DNA from: Utricularia gibba
Lineage: Eukaryota > Plantae > Magnoliophyta
Reading direction: 5' to 3'
DNA: 64,000 nucleotides
NCBI GenBank assembly: GCA_002189035.1
Contig: NEEC01000127.1
Location: 1-64,000, forward strand
Shown piece after piece: positions 23,701 to 38,700 of this stretch. Both the position numbers and the translations under genes were made by a program. Each line of letters starts with the position of its first letter. Position 1 is the stretch's first letter. The notes below the pieces were generated by a model, which saw only the letters and a list, made by a program, of their open reading frames with translations, had not been told where the DNA came from and made no database searches.

Positions 23701-26700
23701 CTTAGGGTGTGTCCCTACCCGAAGCCTCATGGTTTCCTCGCACACCGTTCGGCATCTCGTCGATATCCTGAAGACCGTGATGAGTCACGCTGCGCCCGGA
23801 ATACCGTTTCGAAGCTCGTTCCGAGCCGTCATCTTCCGTGTTGAATGCTTCTTCGTCCGAGGATGCATCAGAGCTCGAATTATCGCCTTCTATTAGCCTT
23901 CAGATGTGCCACAAAGTGGCCACCACGTTCGCGACGATGCGACTTGAACACCAAAAATCGACGTGATTGTAATTTTCGGCTTGCAAAACATCTGCGTTTT
24001 TTCGGGTGATGTGAAATATGGGTTTTCGAGGCGATCTTTGCACATGCTTAGGGTGTGTCCCTACGAAGCCTCATGGTTTCCTCGCACACCGTTCGGCATC
24101 TCGTCGATATCCTGAAGACCGTGATGAGTCACGCTGCGCCCGGAATACCGTTTCGAAGCTCGTTCCGAGCCGGTCATCTTCCGTGTTGAAAGCTTCTTCG
24201 TCCGAGGATGCATCAGAGCTCGAATTATCGCCTTCTATTAGCCTTCAGATGTGCCACAAAGTGGCCACCACGTTCGCGACGATGCGACTTGGAACACCAA
24301 AAATCGACGTGATTGTAATTTTCGGCTTGCAAAACATCTGCGTTTTTTCGGGTGATGTGAAATATGGGTTTTCGAGGCGATCTTTGCACATGCTTAGGGT
24401 GTGTCCCTACGAAGCCTCATGGTTTCCTCGCACACCGTTCGGCATCGTCGATATCCTGAAGACCGTGATGAGTCACGCTGCGCCCGGCAATACCGTTTCG
24501 AAGCTCGTTCCGAGCCGGTCATCTTCCGTGTTTAAAGCTTCTTCGTCCGAGGATGCATCAGAGCTCGAATTATCGCCTTCTATTAGCCTTCAGATGCGCC
24601 ACAAAGTGGCCACCACGTTCGCGACGATGCGACTTGGAACACCAAAATCGACGCGATTGTGATTTTCGGCTTGCAAAACATCTGCGTTTTTTGGGTGATG
24701 TGAAATATGGGTTTTCGAGGCGATCTTTGCACATGCTTAGGGTGTGTCCCTACCCGAAGCCTCATGGTTTCGCACACCGTTCGGCATCTCGTCGATATCC
24801 TGAAGACCGTGATGAGTCACGCTGCGCCCGGAATACCGTTTCGAAGCTCGTTCCGAGCCGGTCATCTTCCGTGTTGAATGCTTCTTCGTCCGAGGATGCA
24901 TCAGAGCTCGAATTATCGCCTTCTATTAGCCTTCAGATGTGCCACAAAGTGGCCACCACGTTCGCGACGATGCGACTTGGAACACCAAAATCGACGTGAT
25001 TGTAATTTTCGGCTTGCAAAACATCTGCGTTTTTTCGGGTGATGTGAAATATGGGTTTTCGAGGCGATCTTTGCACATGCTTAGGGTGTGTCCCTACGCC
25101 TCATGGTTTCCTCGCACACGGCATCTCGTCGATATCCTGAAGACCGTGATGAGTCACGCTGCGCCCGGAATACCGTTTCGAAGCTCGTTCCGAGCCGGTC
25201 ATCTTCCGTGTTGAAAGCTTCTTCGTCCGAGGATGCATCAGAGCTCGAATTATCGCCTTCTATTAGCCTTCAGATGTGCCACAAAGTGGCCACCACGTTC
25301 GCGACGATGCGACTTGGAACACAAAATCGACGTGATTGTAATTTTCGGCTTGCAAAACATCTGCGTTTTTTCGGGTGATGTGAAATATGGGTTTTCGAGG
25401 CGATCTTTGCACATGCTTAGGGTGTGTCCTACCGAAGCCTCATGGTTTCCTCGCACACCGTTCGGCATCTCGTCGATATCCTGAAGACCGTGATGAGTCA
25501 CGCTGCGCCCGGAATACCGTTTCGAAGCTCGTTCCGAGCCGGTCATCTTCCGTGTTGAAAGCTTCTTCGTCCGAGGATGCATCAGAGCTCGAATTATCGC
25601 CTTCTATTAGCCTTCAGATGTGCCACAAAGTGGCCACCACGTTCGCGACGATGCGACTTGGAACACCAAAATCGACGCGATTGTAATTTTCGGCTTGCAA
25701 AACATCTGCGTTTTTTCGGTGATGTGAAATATGGGTTTTCGAGGCGATCTTTGCACATGCTTAGGGTGTGTCCCTACCGAAGCCTCATGGTTTCCTCGCA
25801 CACCGTTCGGCATCTCGTCGATATCCTGAAGACCGTGATGAGTCACGCTGCGCCCGGAATACCGTTTCGAAGCTCGTTCCGAGCCGGTCATCTTCCGTGT
25901 TGAATGCTTCTTCGTCCGAGGATGCATAAGAGCTCGAATTATCGCCTTATATTAGCCTTCAGATGTGCCACAAAGTGGCCACCACGTTCGCGACGATGCG
26001 ACTTGGAACACCAAAATCGACGTGATTGTAATTTTCGGCTTGCAAAACATCTGCGTTTTTTCGGGTGATGTGAAATATGGGTTTTCGAGGCGATCTTTGC
26101 ACATGCTTAGGGTGTGTCCCTACGAAGCCTCATGGTTTCCTCGCACACCGTTCGGCATCTCGTCGATATCCTGAAGACCGTGATGAGTCACGCTGCGCCC
26201 GGATACCGTTTCGAAGCTCGTTCCGAGGGTCATCTTCCGTGTTTAAAGCTTCTTCGTCCGAGGATGCATAAGAGCTCGAATTATCGCCTTATATTAGCCT
26301 TCAGATGTGCCACAAAGTGGCCACCACGTTCGCGACGATGCGACTTGGAACACCAAAATCGACGTGATTGTAATTTTCGGCTTGCAAAACATCTGCGTTT
26401 TTTCGGGTGATGTGAAATATGGGTTTTCGAGGCGATCTTTGCACATGCTTAGGGTGTGTCCCTACCGAAGCCTCATGGTTTCCTCGCACACCGTTCGGCA
26501 TCTCGTCGATATCCTGAAGACCGTGATGAGTCACGCTGCGCCCGGAATACCGTTTCGAAGCTCGTTCCGAGCCGGTCATCTTCCGTGTTGAATGCTTCTT
26601 CGTCCGAGGATGCATCAGAGCTCGAATTATCGCCTTCTATTAGCCTTCAGATGCGCCACAAAGTGGCCACCACGTTCGCGACGATGCGACTTGGAACACC

Positions 26701-29700
26701 AAAATCGACGTGATTGTATTTTCGGCTTGCAAAACATCTGCGTTTTTTTGGGTGATGTGAAATATGGGTTTTCGAGGCGATCTTTGCACATGCTTAGGGT
26801 GTGTCCCTACGAAGCCTCATGGTTTCCTCGCACACCGTTCGGCATCTCGTCGATATCCTGAAGACCGTGATGAGTCACGCTGCGCCCGGAATACCGTTTC
26901 GAAGCTCGTTCCGAGCCGGTCATCTTCCGTGTTGAAAGCTTCTTCGTCCGAGGATGCATCAGAGCTCGAATTATCGCCTTCTATTAGCCTTCAGATGTGC
27001 CACAAAGTGGCCACCACGTTCGCGACGATGCGACTTGGAACACCAAATCGACGCGATTGTATTTTCGGCTTGCAAAACATCTGCGTTTTTTCGGGTGATG
27101 TGAAATATGGGTTTTCGAGGCGATCTTTGCACATGCTTAGGGTGTGTCCTACCCGAAGCCTCATGGTTTCCTCGCACACCGTTCGGCATCTCGTCGATAT
27201 CCTGAAGACCGTGATGAGTCACGCTGCGCCGGAATACGTTTCGAAGCTCGTTCCGAGCCGGTCATCTTCCGTGTTGAAAGCTTCTTCGTCCGAGGATGCA
27301 TAGAGCTCGAATTATCGCCTTCTATTAGCCTTCAGATGTGCCACAAAGTGGCCACCACGTTCGCGACGATGCGACTTGGAACACCAAAATCGACGTGATT
27401 GTAATTTTCGGCTTGCAAAACATCTGCGTTTTTTCGGGTGATGTGAAATATGGGTTTTCGAGGCGATCTTTGCACATGCTTAGGGTGTGTCCTACCGAAG
27501 CCTCATGGTTTCCTCGCACACCGTTCGGCATCTCGTCGATATCCTGAAGACCGTGATGAGTCACGCTGCGCCCGGAATACCGTTTCGAAGCTCGTTCCGA
27601 GCCGGTCATCTTCCGTGTTGAAAGCTTCTTCGTCCGAGGATGCATCAGAGCTCGAATTATCGCCTTATATTAGCCTTCAGATGTGCCACAAAGTGGCCAC
27701 CACGTTCGCGACGATGCGACTTTGGAACACCAAATCGACGTGATTGTAATTTTCGGCTTGCAAAACATCTGCGTTTTTTCGGGTGATGTGAAATATGGGT
27801 TTTCGAGGCGATCTTTGCACATGCTTAGGGTGTGTCCCTACCCGAAGCCTCATGGTTTCCTCGCACACGTTCGGCATCTCGTCGATATCCTGAAGACCGT
27901 GATGAGTCACGCTGCGCCCGGAATACCGTTTCGAAGCTCGTTCCGAGCCGGTCATCTTCGTGTTGAAAGCTTCTTCGTCCGAGGATGCATCAGAGCTCGA
28001 ATTATCGCTTCTATTAGCCTTCAGATGTGCCACAAAGTGGCCACCACGTTCGCGACGATGCGACTTGGAACACCAAAATCGACGTGATTGTAATTTTCGG
28101 CTTGCAAAACATCTGCGTTTTTTCGGGTGATGTGAAATATGGGTTTTCGAGGCGATCTTTGCACATGCTTAGGGTGTGTCCTACCGAAGCCTCATGGTTT
28201 CCTCGCACACCGTTCGGCATCTCGTCGATATCCTGAAGACCGTGATGAGTCACGCTGCGCCCGGAATACCGTTTCGAAGCTCGTTCCGAGCCGGTCATCT
28301 TCCGTGTTGAAAGCTTCTTCGTCCGAGGATGCATCAGAGCTCGAATTATCGCCTTCTATTAGCCTTCAATGTGCCACAAAGTGGCCACCACGTTCGCGAC
28401 GATGCGACTTGGAACACCAAAATCGACCGATTGTGATTTTCGGCTTGCAAAACATCTGCGTTTTTTCGGGTGATGTGAAATATGGGTTTTCGAGGCGATC
28501 TTTGCATGCTTAGGGTGTGTCCTACCCGAAGCCTCATGGTTTCCTCGCACACGTTCGCATCTCGTCGATATCCTGAAGACCGTGATGAGTCACGCTGCGC
28601 CCGGAATACCGTTTCGAAGCTCGTTCCGAGCCGGTCATCTTCCGTGTTGAATGCTTCTTCGTCCGAGGATGCATAAGAGCTCGAATTATCGCCTTATATT
28701 AGCCTTCAGATGTGCCACAAAGTGGCCACCACGTTCGCGACGATGCGACTTGGAACACCAAAATCGACGCGATTGTGATTTTCGGCTTGCAAAACATCTG
28801 CGTTTTTTCGGGTGATGTGAAATATGGGTTTTCGAGGCGATCTTTGCACATGCTTAGGGTGTGTCCTACCGAAGCCTCATGGTTTCCTCGCACACCGTTC
28901 GGCATCTCGTCGATATCCTGAAGACCGTGATGAGTCACGCTGCGCCCGGAATACCGTTTCGAAGCTCGTTCCGAGCCGGTCATCTTCCGTGTTGAAAGCT
29001 TCTTCGTCCGAGGATGCATAAGAGCTCGAATTATCGCCTTCTATTAGCCTTCAGATGTGCCACAAAGTGGCCACCACGTTCGCGACGATGCGACTTGGAA
29101 CACCAAATCGACGTGATTGTAATTTTCGGCTTGCAAAACATCTGCGTTTTTTTCGGGTGATGTGAAATATGGGTTTTCGAGGCGATCTTTGCACATGCTT
29201 AGGGTGTGTCCCTACCGAAGCCTCATGGTTTCCTCGCACACCGGGCATCTCGTCGATATCCTGAAGACCGTGATGAGTCACGCTGCGCCGATACCGTTTC
29301 GAAGCTCGTTCCGAGCCGGTCATCTTCCGTGTTTAAAGCTTCTTCGTCCGAGGATGCATCAGAGCTCGAATTATCGCCTTCTATTAGCCTTCAGATGTGC
29401 CACAAAGTGGCCACCACGTTCGCGACGATGCGACTTGGAACACCAAAATCGACGCGATTGTGATTTTCGGCTTGCAAAACATCTGCGTTTTTTCGGGTGA
29501 TGTGAAATATGGGTTTTCGAGGCGATCTTTGCACATGCTTAGGGTGTGTCTACCCGAAGCCTCATGGTTTCCTCGCACACCGTTCGGCATCTCGTCGATA
29601 TCCTGAAGACCGTGATGAGTCACGCTGCGCCCGGAATACCGTTTCGAAGCTCGTTCCGAGCCGGTCATCTTCCGTGTTGAAAGCTTCTTCGTCCGAGATG

Positions 29701-32700
29701 CATCAGAGCTCGAATTATCGCCTTCTATTAGCCTTCAGATGTGCCACAAAGTGGCCACCACGTTCGCGACGACGACTTGGAACACAAAAATCGACGTGAT
29801 TGTAATTTTCGGCTTGCAAAACATCTGCGTTTTTTCGGGTGATGTGAAATATGGGTTTTCGAGGCGATCTTTGCACATGCTTAGGGTGTGTCCCTACCGA
29901 AGCCTCATGGTTTCCTCGCACACCGTTCGGCATCTCGTCGATATCCTGAAGACCGTGATGAGTCACGCTGCGCCCGGAATACCGTTTCGAAGCTCGTTCC
30001 GAGCCGTCATCTTCCGTGTTGAAAGCTTCTTCGTCCGAGGATGCATAAGAGCTCGAATTATCGCCTTCTATTAGCCTTCAGATGTGCCACAAAGTGGCCA
30101 CCACGTTCGCGACGATGCGACTTGGAACACCAAAATCGACGTGATTGTAATTTTCGGCTTGCAAAACATCTGCGTTTTTTTGGGTGATGTGAAATATGGG
30201 TTTTCGAGGCGATCTTTGCACATGCTTAGGGTGTGTCCCTACGAAGCCTCATGGTTTCCTCGCACACCGTTCGGCATCTCGTCGATATCCTGAAGACCGT
30301 GATGAGTCACGCTGCGCCCGGATACCGTTTCGAAGCTCGTTCCGAGCCGGTCATCTTCCGTGTTGAAAGCTTCTTCGTCCGAGGATGCATCAGAGCTCGA
30401 ATTATCGCCTTCTATTAGCCTTCAGATGTGCCACAAGTGGCCACCACGTTCGCGACGATGCGACTTGGAACACCAAAATCGACGCGATTGTGATTTTCGG
30501 CTTGCAAAACATCTGCGTTTTTTCGGGTGATGTGAAATATGGGTTTTCGAGGCGATCTTTGCACATGCTTAGGGTGTGTCCCTACCGAAGCCTCATGGTT
30601 TCCTCGCACACCGTTCGGCATCTCGTCGATATCCTGAAGACCGTGATGAGTCACGCTGCGCCCGGAATACCGTTTCGAAGCTCGTTCCGAGCCGGTCATC
30701 TTCCGTGTTGAAAGCTTCTTCGTCCGAGGATGCATCAGAGCTCGAATTATCGCCTTCTATTAGCCTTCAGATGTGCCACAAAGTGGCCACCACGTTCGCG
30801 ACGATGCGACTTGGAACACCAAAATCGACGTGATTGTAATTTTCGGCTTGCAAAACATCTGCGTTTTTTCGGGTGATGTGAAATATGGGTTTTCGAGGCG
30901 ATCTTTGCACATGCTTAGGGTGTGTCCTACCGAAGCCTCATGGTTTCCTCGCACACCGTTCGGCATCTCGTCGATATCCTGAAGACCGTGATGAGTCACG
31001 CTGCGCCCGGAATACCGTTTCGAAGCTCGTTCCGAGCCGGTCATCTTCCGTGTTGAAAGCTTCTTCGTCCGAGGATGCATCAGAGCTCGAATTATCGCCT
31101 TATATTAGCCTTCAGATGCCACAAAGTGGCCACCACGTTCGCGACGATGCGACTTGGAACACCAAATCGACGCGATTGTATTTTCGGCTTGCAAAACATC
31201 TGCGTTTTTTCGGGTGATGTGAAATATGGGTTTTCGAGGCGATCTTTGCACATGCTTAGGGTGTGTCCCTACCGAAGCCTCATGGTTTCCTCGCACACCG
31301 TTCGGCATCTCGTCGATATCCTGAAGACCGTGATGAGTCACGCTGCGCCCGGAATACCGTTTCGAAGCTCGTTCCGAGCCGGTCATCTTCCGTGTTGAAT
31401 GCTTCTTCGTCCGAGGATGCATCAGAGCTCGAATTATCGCCTTCTATTAGCCTTCAGATGTGCCACAAAGTGGCCACCACGTTCGCGACGATGCGACTTG
31501 GAACACCAAAATCGACGTGATTGTAATTTTCGGCTTGCAAAACATCTGCGTTTTTTCGGGTGATGTGAAATATGGGTTTTCGAGGCGATCTTTGCACATG
31601 CTTAGGGTGTGTCCTACGAAGCCTCATGGTTTCCTCGCACACCGTTCGGCATCTCGTCGATATCCTGAAGACCGTGATGAGTCACGCTGCGCCCGAATAC
31701 CGTTTCGAAGCTCGTTCCGAGCCGGTCATCTTCCGTGTTGAAGCTTCTTCGTCCGATGCATCAGAGCTCGAATTATCGCCTTATATTAGCCTTCAGATGT
31801 GCCACAAAGTGGCCACCACGTTCGCGACGATGCGACTTGGAACACCAAATCGACGCGATTGTAATTTTCGGCTTGCAAAACATCTGCGTTTTTTGGGTGA
31901 TGTGAAATATGGGTTTTCGAGGCGATCTTTGCACATGCTTAGGGTGTGTCCTACCCGAAGCCTCATGGTTTCCTCGCACACCGTTCGGCATCTCGTCGAT
32001 ATCCTGAAGACCGTGATGAGTCACGCTGCGCCCGGAATACCGTTTCGAAGCTCGTTCCGAGCCGGTCATCTTCCGTGTTGAAAGCTTCTTCGTCCGAGGA
32101 TGCATCAGAGCTCGAATTATCGCCTTATATTAGCCTTCAGATGTGCCACAAAGTGGCCACCACGTTCGCGACGACGCGACTTGGAACACCAAAATCGACG
32201 TGATTGTAATTTTCGGCTTGCAAAACATCTGCGTTTTTTCGGGTGATGTGAAATATGGGTTTTCGAGGCGATCTTTGCACATGCTTAGGGTGTGTCCCTA
32301 CCGAAGCCTCATGGTTTCCTCGCACACCGTTCGGCATCTCGTCGATATCCTGAAGACCGTGATGAGTCACGCTGCGCCCGGAATACCGTTTCGAAGCTCG
32401 TTCCGAGCCGGTCATCTTCCGTGTTGAATGCTTCTTCGTCCGAGGATGCATAAGAGCTCGAATTATCGCCTTATATTAGCCTTCAGATGTGCCACAAAGT
32501 GGCCACCACGTTCGCGACGATGCGACTTGGAACACCAAAATCGACGTGATTGTAATTTTCGGCTTGCAAAACATCTGCGTTTTTTCGGGTGATGTGAAAT
32601 ATGGGTTTTCGAGGCGATCTTTGCACATGCTTAGGGTGTGTCCCTACCGAAGCCTCATGGTTTCCTCGCACACCGTTCGGCATCTCGTCGATATCCTGAA

Positions 32701-35700
32701 GACCGTGATGAGTCACGCTGCGCCCGGATACCGTTTCGAAGCTCGTTCCGAGCCGGTCATCTTCCGTGTTGAAAGCTTCTTCGTCCGAGGATGCATCAGA
32801 GCTCGAATTATCGCCTTCTATTAGCCTTCAGATGTGCCACAAAGTGGCCACCACGTTCGCGACGATGCGACTTGGAACACCAAAATCGACGATTGTGATT
32901 TTCGGCTTGCAAAACATCTGCGTTTTTTCGGGTGATGTGAAATATGGGTTTTCGAGGCGATCTTTGCACATGCTTAGGGTGTGTCCCTACCCGAAGCCTC
33001 ATGGTTTCCTCGCACACCGTTCGGCATCTCGTCGATATCCTGAAGACCGTGATGAGTCACGCTGCGCCCGGAATACCGTTTCGAAGCTCGTTCCGAGCCG
33101 GTCATCTTCCGTGTTGAAAGCTTCTTCGTCCAGGATGCATCAGAGCTCGAATTATCGCCTTCTATTAGCCTTCAGATGTGCCACAAAGTGGCCACGTTCG
33201 CGACGATGCGACTTGGAACACCAAAATCGACGTGATTGTAATCTTTCGGCTTGCACAAACGAATCTGCGTTTTCGTTCGAGGTGATGTGAAATATGGGTT
33301 TTCGAGGCGATCTTTGCACATGCTTAGGGTGTGTCCCTACCGAAGCCTCATGGTTTCCTCGCACACCGTTCGGCATCTCGTCGATATCCTGAAGACCGTG
33401 ATGAGTCACGCTGCGCCCGGAATACCGTTTCGAAGCTCGTTCCGAGCCGGTCATCTTCCGTGTTGAAAGCTTCTTCGTCCGAGGATGCATAGAGCTCGAA
33501 TTATCGCCTTCTATTAGCCTTCAGATGTGCCACAAAGTGGCCACCACGTTCGCGACGATGCGACTTGGAACACCAAAATCGACGTGATTGTAATTTTCGG
33601 CTTGCAAAACATCTGCGTTTTTTCGGGTGATGTGAAATATGGGTTTTCGAGGCGATCTTTGCACATGCTTAGGGTGTGTCCCTACTCGAAGCCTCATGGT
33701 TTCCTCGCACACCGTTCGGCATCTCGTCGATATCCTGAAGACCGTGATGAGTCACGCTGCGCCCTTGCAAAACATCTGCGTTTTTTCGGGTGATGTGATA
33801 CGAGGCGATTTTGCACATGAAGCTCGTTCCGAGCCGGTCATCTTCCGTGTTTCCGAATCTTCCGCTTCTTCGTCCGAGGATGCATAAGAGCTCGAATTAT
33901 CGCCTTATATTAGCCTTCAGATGTGCCACAAAGTGGCCACCACGTTCGCGACGATGCGACTTGGAACACCAAAATCGACGTGATTGTAATTTTCGGCTTG
34001 CAAAACATCTGCGTTTTTTGGGTGATGTGAAATATGGGTTTTCGAGGCGATCTTTGCACATGCTTAGGGTGTGTCCCTACCGAAGCCTCATGGTTTCCTC
34101 GCACACCGTTCGGCATCTCGTCGATATCCTCGAAGACCGTGATGAGTCACGCTGCGCCCGACATACCTTTTCGTCGAAGCTCGTTCCGAAGCCGGTCATC
34201 TTCCGTGTTGAATAAAGCTTCTTCGTCCGAGGATGCATAGAGCTCGAATTATCGCCTTATATTAGCCTTCAGATGTGCCACAAAGTGGCCACCACGTTCG
34301 CGACGATGCGACTTGGAACACCAAAATCGACGTGATTGTGATTTTCGGCTTGCAAAACATCTGCGTTTTTTCGGGTGATGTGAAATATGGGTTTTCGAGG
34401 CGATCTTTGCACATGCTTAGGGTGTGTCCCTACCGAAGCCTCATGGTTTCCTCGCACACTTCGGCATCTCGTCGATATCCTGAAGACCGTGATGAGTCAC
34501 GCTGCGCCCGCATACCGTTTCGAAGCTCGTTCCGAGCCGGTCATCTTCCGTGTTTGAAAGCTTCTTCGTCCGAGGATGCATCAGAGCTCGAATTATCGCC
34601 TTCTATTAGCCTTCAGATGTGCCACAAAGTGGCCACCACGTTCGCGACGACGCGACTTGGAACACCAAAATCGACGTGATTGTAATTTTCGGCTTGCAAA
34701 ACATCTGCGTTTTTTCGGGTGATGTGAAATATGGGTTTTCGAGGCGATCTTTGCACATGCTTAGGGTGTGTCCCTACCCGAAGCCTCATGGTTTCCTCGC
34801 ACACCGTCGGCATCTCGTCGATATCCTGAAGACCGTGATGAGTCACGCTGCGCCCGGAATACCGTTTCGAAGCTCGTTCCGAGCCGTCATCTTCCGTGTT
34901 GAATGCTTCTTCGTCCGAGGATGCATAAGAGCTCGAATTATCGCCTTATATTAGCCTTCAGATGTGCCACAAAGTGGCCACCACGTTCGCGACGATGCGA
35001 CTTGGAACACCAAAATCGACGTGATTGTAATTTTCGGCTTGCAAAACATCTGCGTTTTTTCGGGTGATGTGAAATATGGGTTTTCGAGGCGATCTTTGCA
35101 CATGCTTAGGGTGTGTCCCTACGAAGCCTCATGGTTTCCTCGCACACCGTTCGGCATCTCGTCGATATCCTGAAGACCGTGATGAGTCACGCTGCGCCCG
35201 GAATACCGTTTCGAAGCTCGTTCCGAGCCGGTCATCTTCCGTGTTGAATGCTTCTTCGTCCGAGGATGCATAAGAGCTCGAATTATCGCCTTCTATTAGC
35301 CTTCAGATGTGCCACAAAGTGGCCACCACGTTCGCGACGATGCGACTTGGAACACCAAAATCGACGCGATTGTGATTTTCGGCTTGCAAAACATCTGCGT
35401 TTTTTCGGGTGATGTGAAATATGGGTTTTCGAGGCGATCTTTGCACATGCTTAGGGTGTGTCCCTACCCGAAGCCTCATGGTTTCCTCGCACACCGTTCG
35501 GCATCTCGTCGATATCCTGAAGACCGTGATGAGTCACGCTGCGCCCGGATCCGTAAGCCGTTTCATCTTCCGTGTTGAATGCTTCTTCGTCCGAGGATGC
35601 ATCAGAGCTCGAATTATCGCCTTATATTAGCCTTCAGATGTGCCACAAAGTGGCCACCACGTTCGCGACGATGCGACTTGGAAACCAAAATCGACGTGAT

Positions 35701-38700
35701 TGTAATTTTCGGCTTGCAAAACATCTGCGTTTTTTTGGGTGATGTGAAATATGGGTTTTCGAGGCGATCTTTGCACATGCTTAGGGTGTGTCCCTACGAA
35801 GCGACATTATCTCGCGATATCTTGATGAGTCACACCAAGCCGTTCCGAGCATCTTCCGTCACATCAGAGCTGAAGCCACCACGTTCGCGACGATGCGACT
35901 TGGAACACCAAAATCGACGCGATTGTGATTTTCGGCTTGCAAAATCTGCGTTTTTTCGGGTGATGTGAAATATGGGTTTTCGAGGCGATCTTTGCACATG
36001 CTTAGGGTGTGTCCCTACCCGAAGCCTCATGGTTTCCTCGCACACCGTTCGGCATCTCGTCGATATCCTGAAGACATCGTGATGAGTCACGCTGCGCCCG
36101 GAATACCGTTTCGAAGCTCGTTCCGAGCCGGTCATCTTCCGTGTTGAATGCTTCTTCGTCCGATGATGCTCAGAGCTCGAATTATCGCCTTCTATTAGCC
36201 TTCAGATGTGCCACAAAGTGGCCACCACGTTCGCGACGATTTTGATTGTAATTTTCGGCTTGCAAAACATCTGCGTTTTTTCGGGTGATGTGAAATATGG
36301 GTTTTCGAGGCGATCTTTGCACATGCTTAGGGTGTGTCCCTACCGAAGCCTCATGGTTTCCTCGCACACCGTTCGGCATCTCGTCGATATCCTGAAGACC
36401 GTGATGAGTCACGCTGCGCCCGGAATACCGTTTCGAAGCTCGTTCCGAGCCGGTCATCTTCCGTGTTGAATGCTTCTTCGTCCGAGGATGCATAAGAGCT
36501 CGAATTATCGCCTTCTATTAGCCTTCAGATGTGCCACAAAGTGGCCACCACGTTCGCGACGATGCGACTTGGAACACCAAAATCGACGCGATTGTATTTT
36601 CGGCTTGCAAAACATCTGCGTTTTTGGGTGATGTGAAATATGGGTTTTCGAGGCGATCTTTGCACATGCTTAGGGTGTGTCCCTACCGAAGCCTCATGGT
36701 TTCCTCGCACACCGTTCGGCATCTCGTCGATATCCTGAAGACCGTGATGAGTCACGCTGCGCCCGGAATACCGTTTCGAAGCTCGTTCCGAGCCGGTCAT
36801 CTTCCGTGTTGAAAGCTTCTTCGTCCGAGGATGCATCAGAGCTCGAATTATCGCCTTCTATTAGCCTTCAGATGTGCCACAAAGTGGCCACCACGTTCGC
36901 GACGTTTCGATGCGACTCATGGAACACCAAAATCGACGTGATTGTGCGAATTTTCGGCTTGCAAAACATCTGCGTTTTTTCGGGTGATGTGAAATATGGG
37001 TTTTCGAGGCGATCTTTGCACATGCTTAGGGTGTGTCCCTACCGAAGCCTCATGGTTTCCTCGCACACCGTTCGGCATCTCGTCGATATCCTGAAGACGT
37101 GATGAGTCACGCTGCGCCCGGAATACCGTTTCGAAGCTCGTTCCGAGCCGGTCATCTTCCGTGTTGAAGCTTCTTCGTCCGAGGATGCATAAGAGCTCGA
37201 ATTATCGCCTTATATTAGCCTTCAGATGCCACAAAGTGGCCACCACGTTCGCGACGACGCGACTTGGAACACCAAAATCGACGTGATTGTAATTTTCGGC
37301 TTGCAAAACATCTGCGTTTTTTCGGGTGATGTGAAATATGGGTTTTCGAGGCGATCTTTGCACATGCTTAGGGTGTGTCCCTACCGAAGCCTCATGGTTT
37401 CCTCGCACACCGTTCGGCATCTCGTCGATATCCTGAAGACCGTGATGAGTCACGCTGCGCCCGGAATACCGTTTCGAAGCTCGTTCCGAGCCGGTCATCT
37501 TCCGTGTTGAATGCTTCTTCGTCCGAGGATGCATCAGAGCTCGAATTATCGCCTTATATTAGCCTTCAGATGTGCCATGGCCACCACGTTCGCGACGATG
37601 CGACTTGGAACACCAAAATCGACGTGATTGTAATTTTCGGCTTGCAAAACATCTGCGTTTTTTCGGGTGATGTGAAATATGGGTTTTCGAGGCGATCTTT
37701 GCACATGCTTAGGGTGTGTCCCTACCCGAAGCCTCATGGTTTCCTCGCACACCGTTCGGCATCTCGTCGATATCCTGAAGACCGTGATGAGTCACGCTGC
37801 GCCCGGATACCGTTTCGAAGCTCGTTCCGAGCCGGTCATCTTCCGTGTTTAAAGCTTCTTCGTCCGAGGATGCATCAGAGCTCGAATTATCGCCTTCTAT
37901 TAGCCTTCAGATGTGCCACAAAGTGGCCACCACGTTCGCGACGATGCGACTTGGAACACCAAAATCGACCGATTGTGATTTTCGGCTTGCAAAACATCTG
38001 CGTTTTTTCGGGTGATGTGAAATATGGGTTTTCGAGGCGATCTTTGCACATGCTTAGGGTGTGTCCCTACCGAAGCCTCATGGTTTCCTCGCACACCGTT
38101 CGGCATCTCGTCGATATCCTGAAGACCGTGATGAGTCACGCTGCGCCCGGAATACCGTTTCGAAGCTCGTTCCGAGCCGGTCATCTTCCGTGTTGAAGCT
38201 TCTTCGTCCGAGATGCATAAGAGCTCGAATTATCGCCTTATATTAGCCTTCAGATGTGCCACAAAGTGGCCACGTTCGCGACGATGCGACTTGGAACACC
38301 AAAATCGACGTGATTGTAATTTTCGGCTTGCAAAACATCTGCGTTTTTTCGGGTGATGTGAAATATGGGTTTTCGAGGCGATCTTTGCACATGCTTAGGG
38401 TGTGTCCCTACTCGAAGCCTCATGGTTTCCTCGCACACCGTTCGGCATCTCGTCGATATCCTGAAGACCGTGATGAGTCACGCTGCGCCCGATACCGTTT
38501 CGAAGCTCGTTCCGAGCCGGTCATCTTCCGTGTTGAAAGCTTCTTCGTCCGAGGATGCATCAGAGCTCGAATTATCGCCTTCTATTAGCCTTCAGATGTG
38601 CCACAAAGTGGCCACCACGTTCGCGACGATGCGACTTGGAACACCAAAATCGACGCGATTGTATTTTCGGCTTGCAAAACATCTGCGTTTTTTCGGGTGA

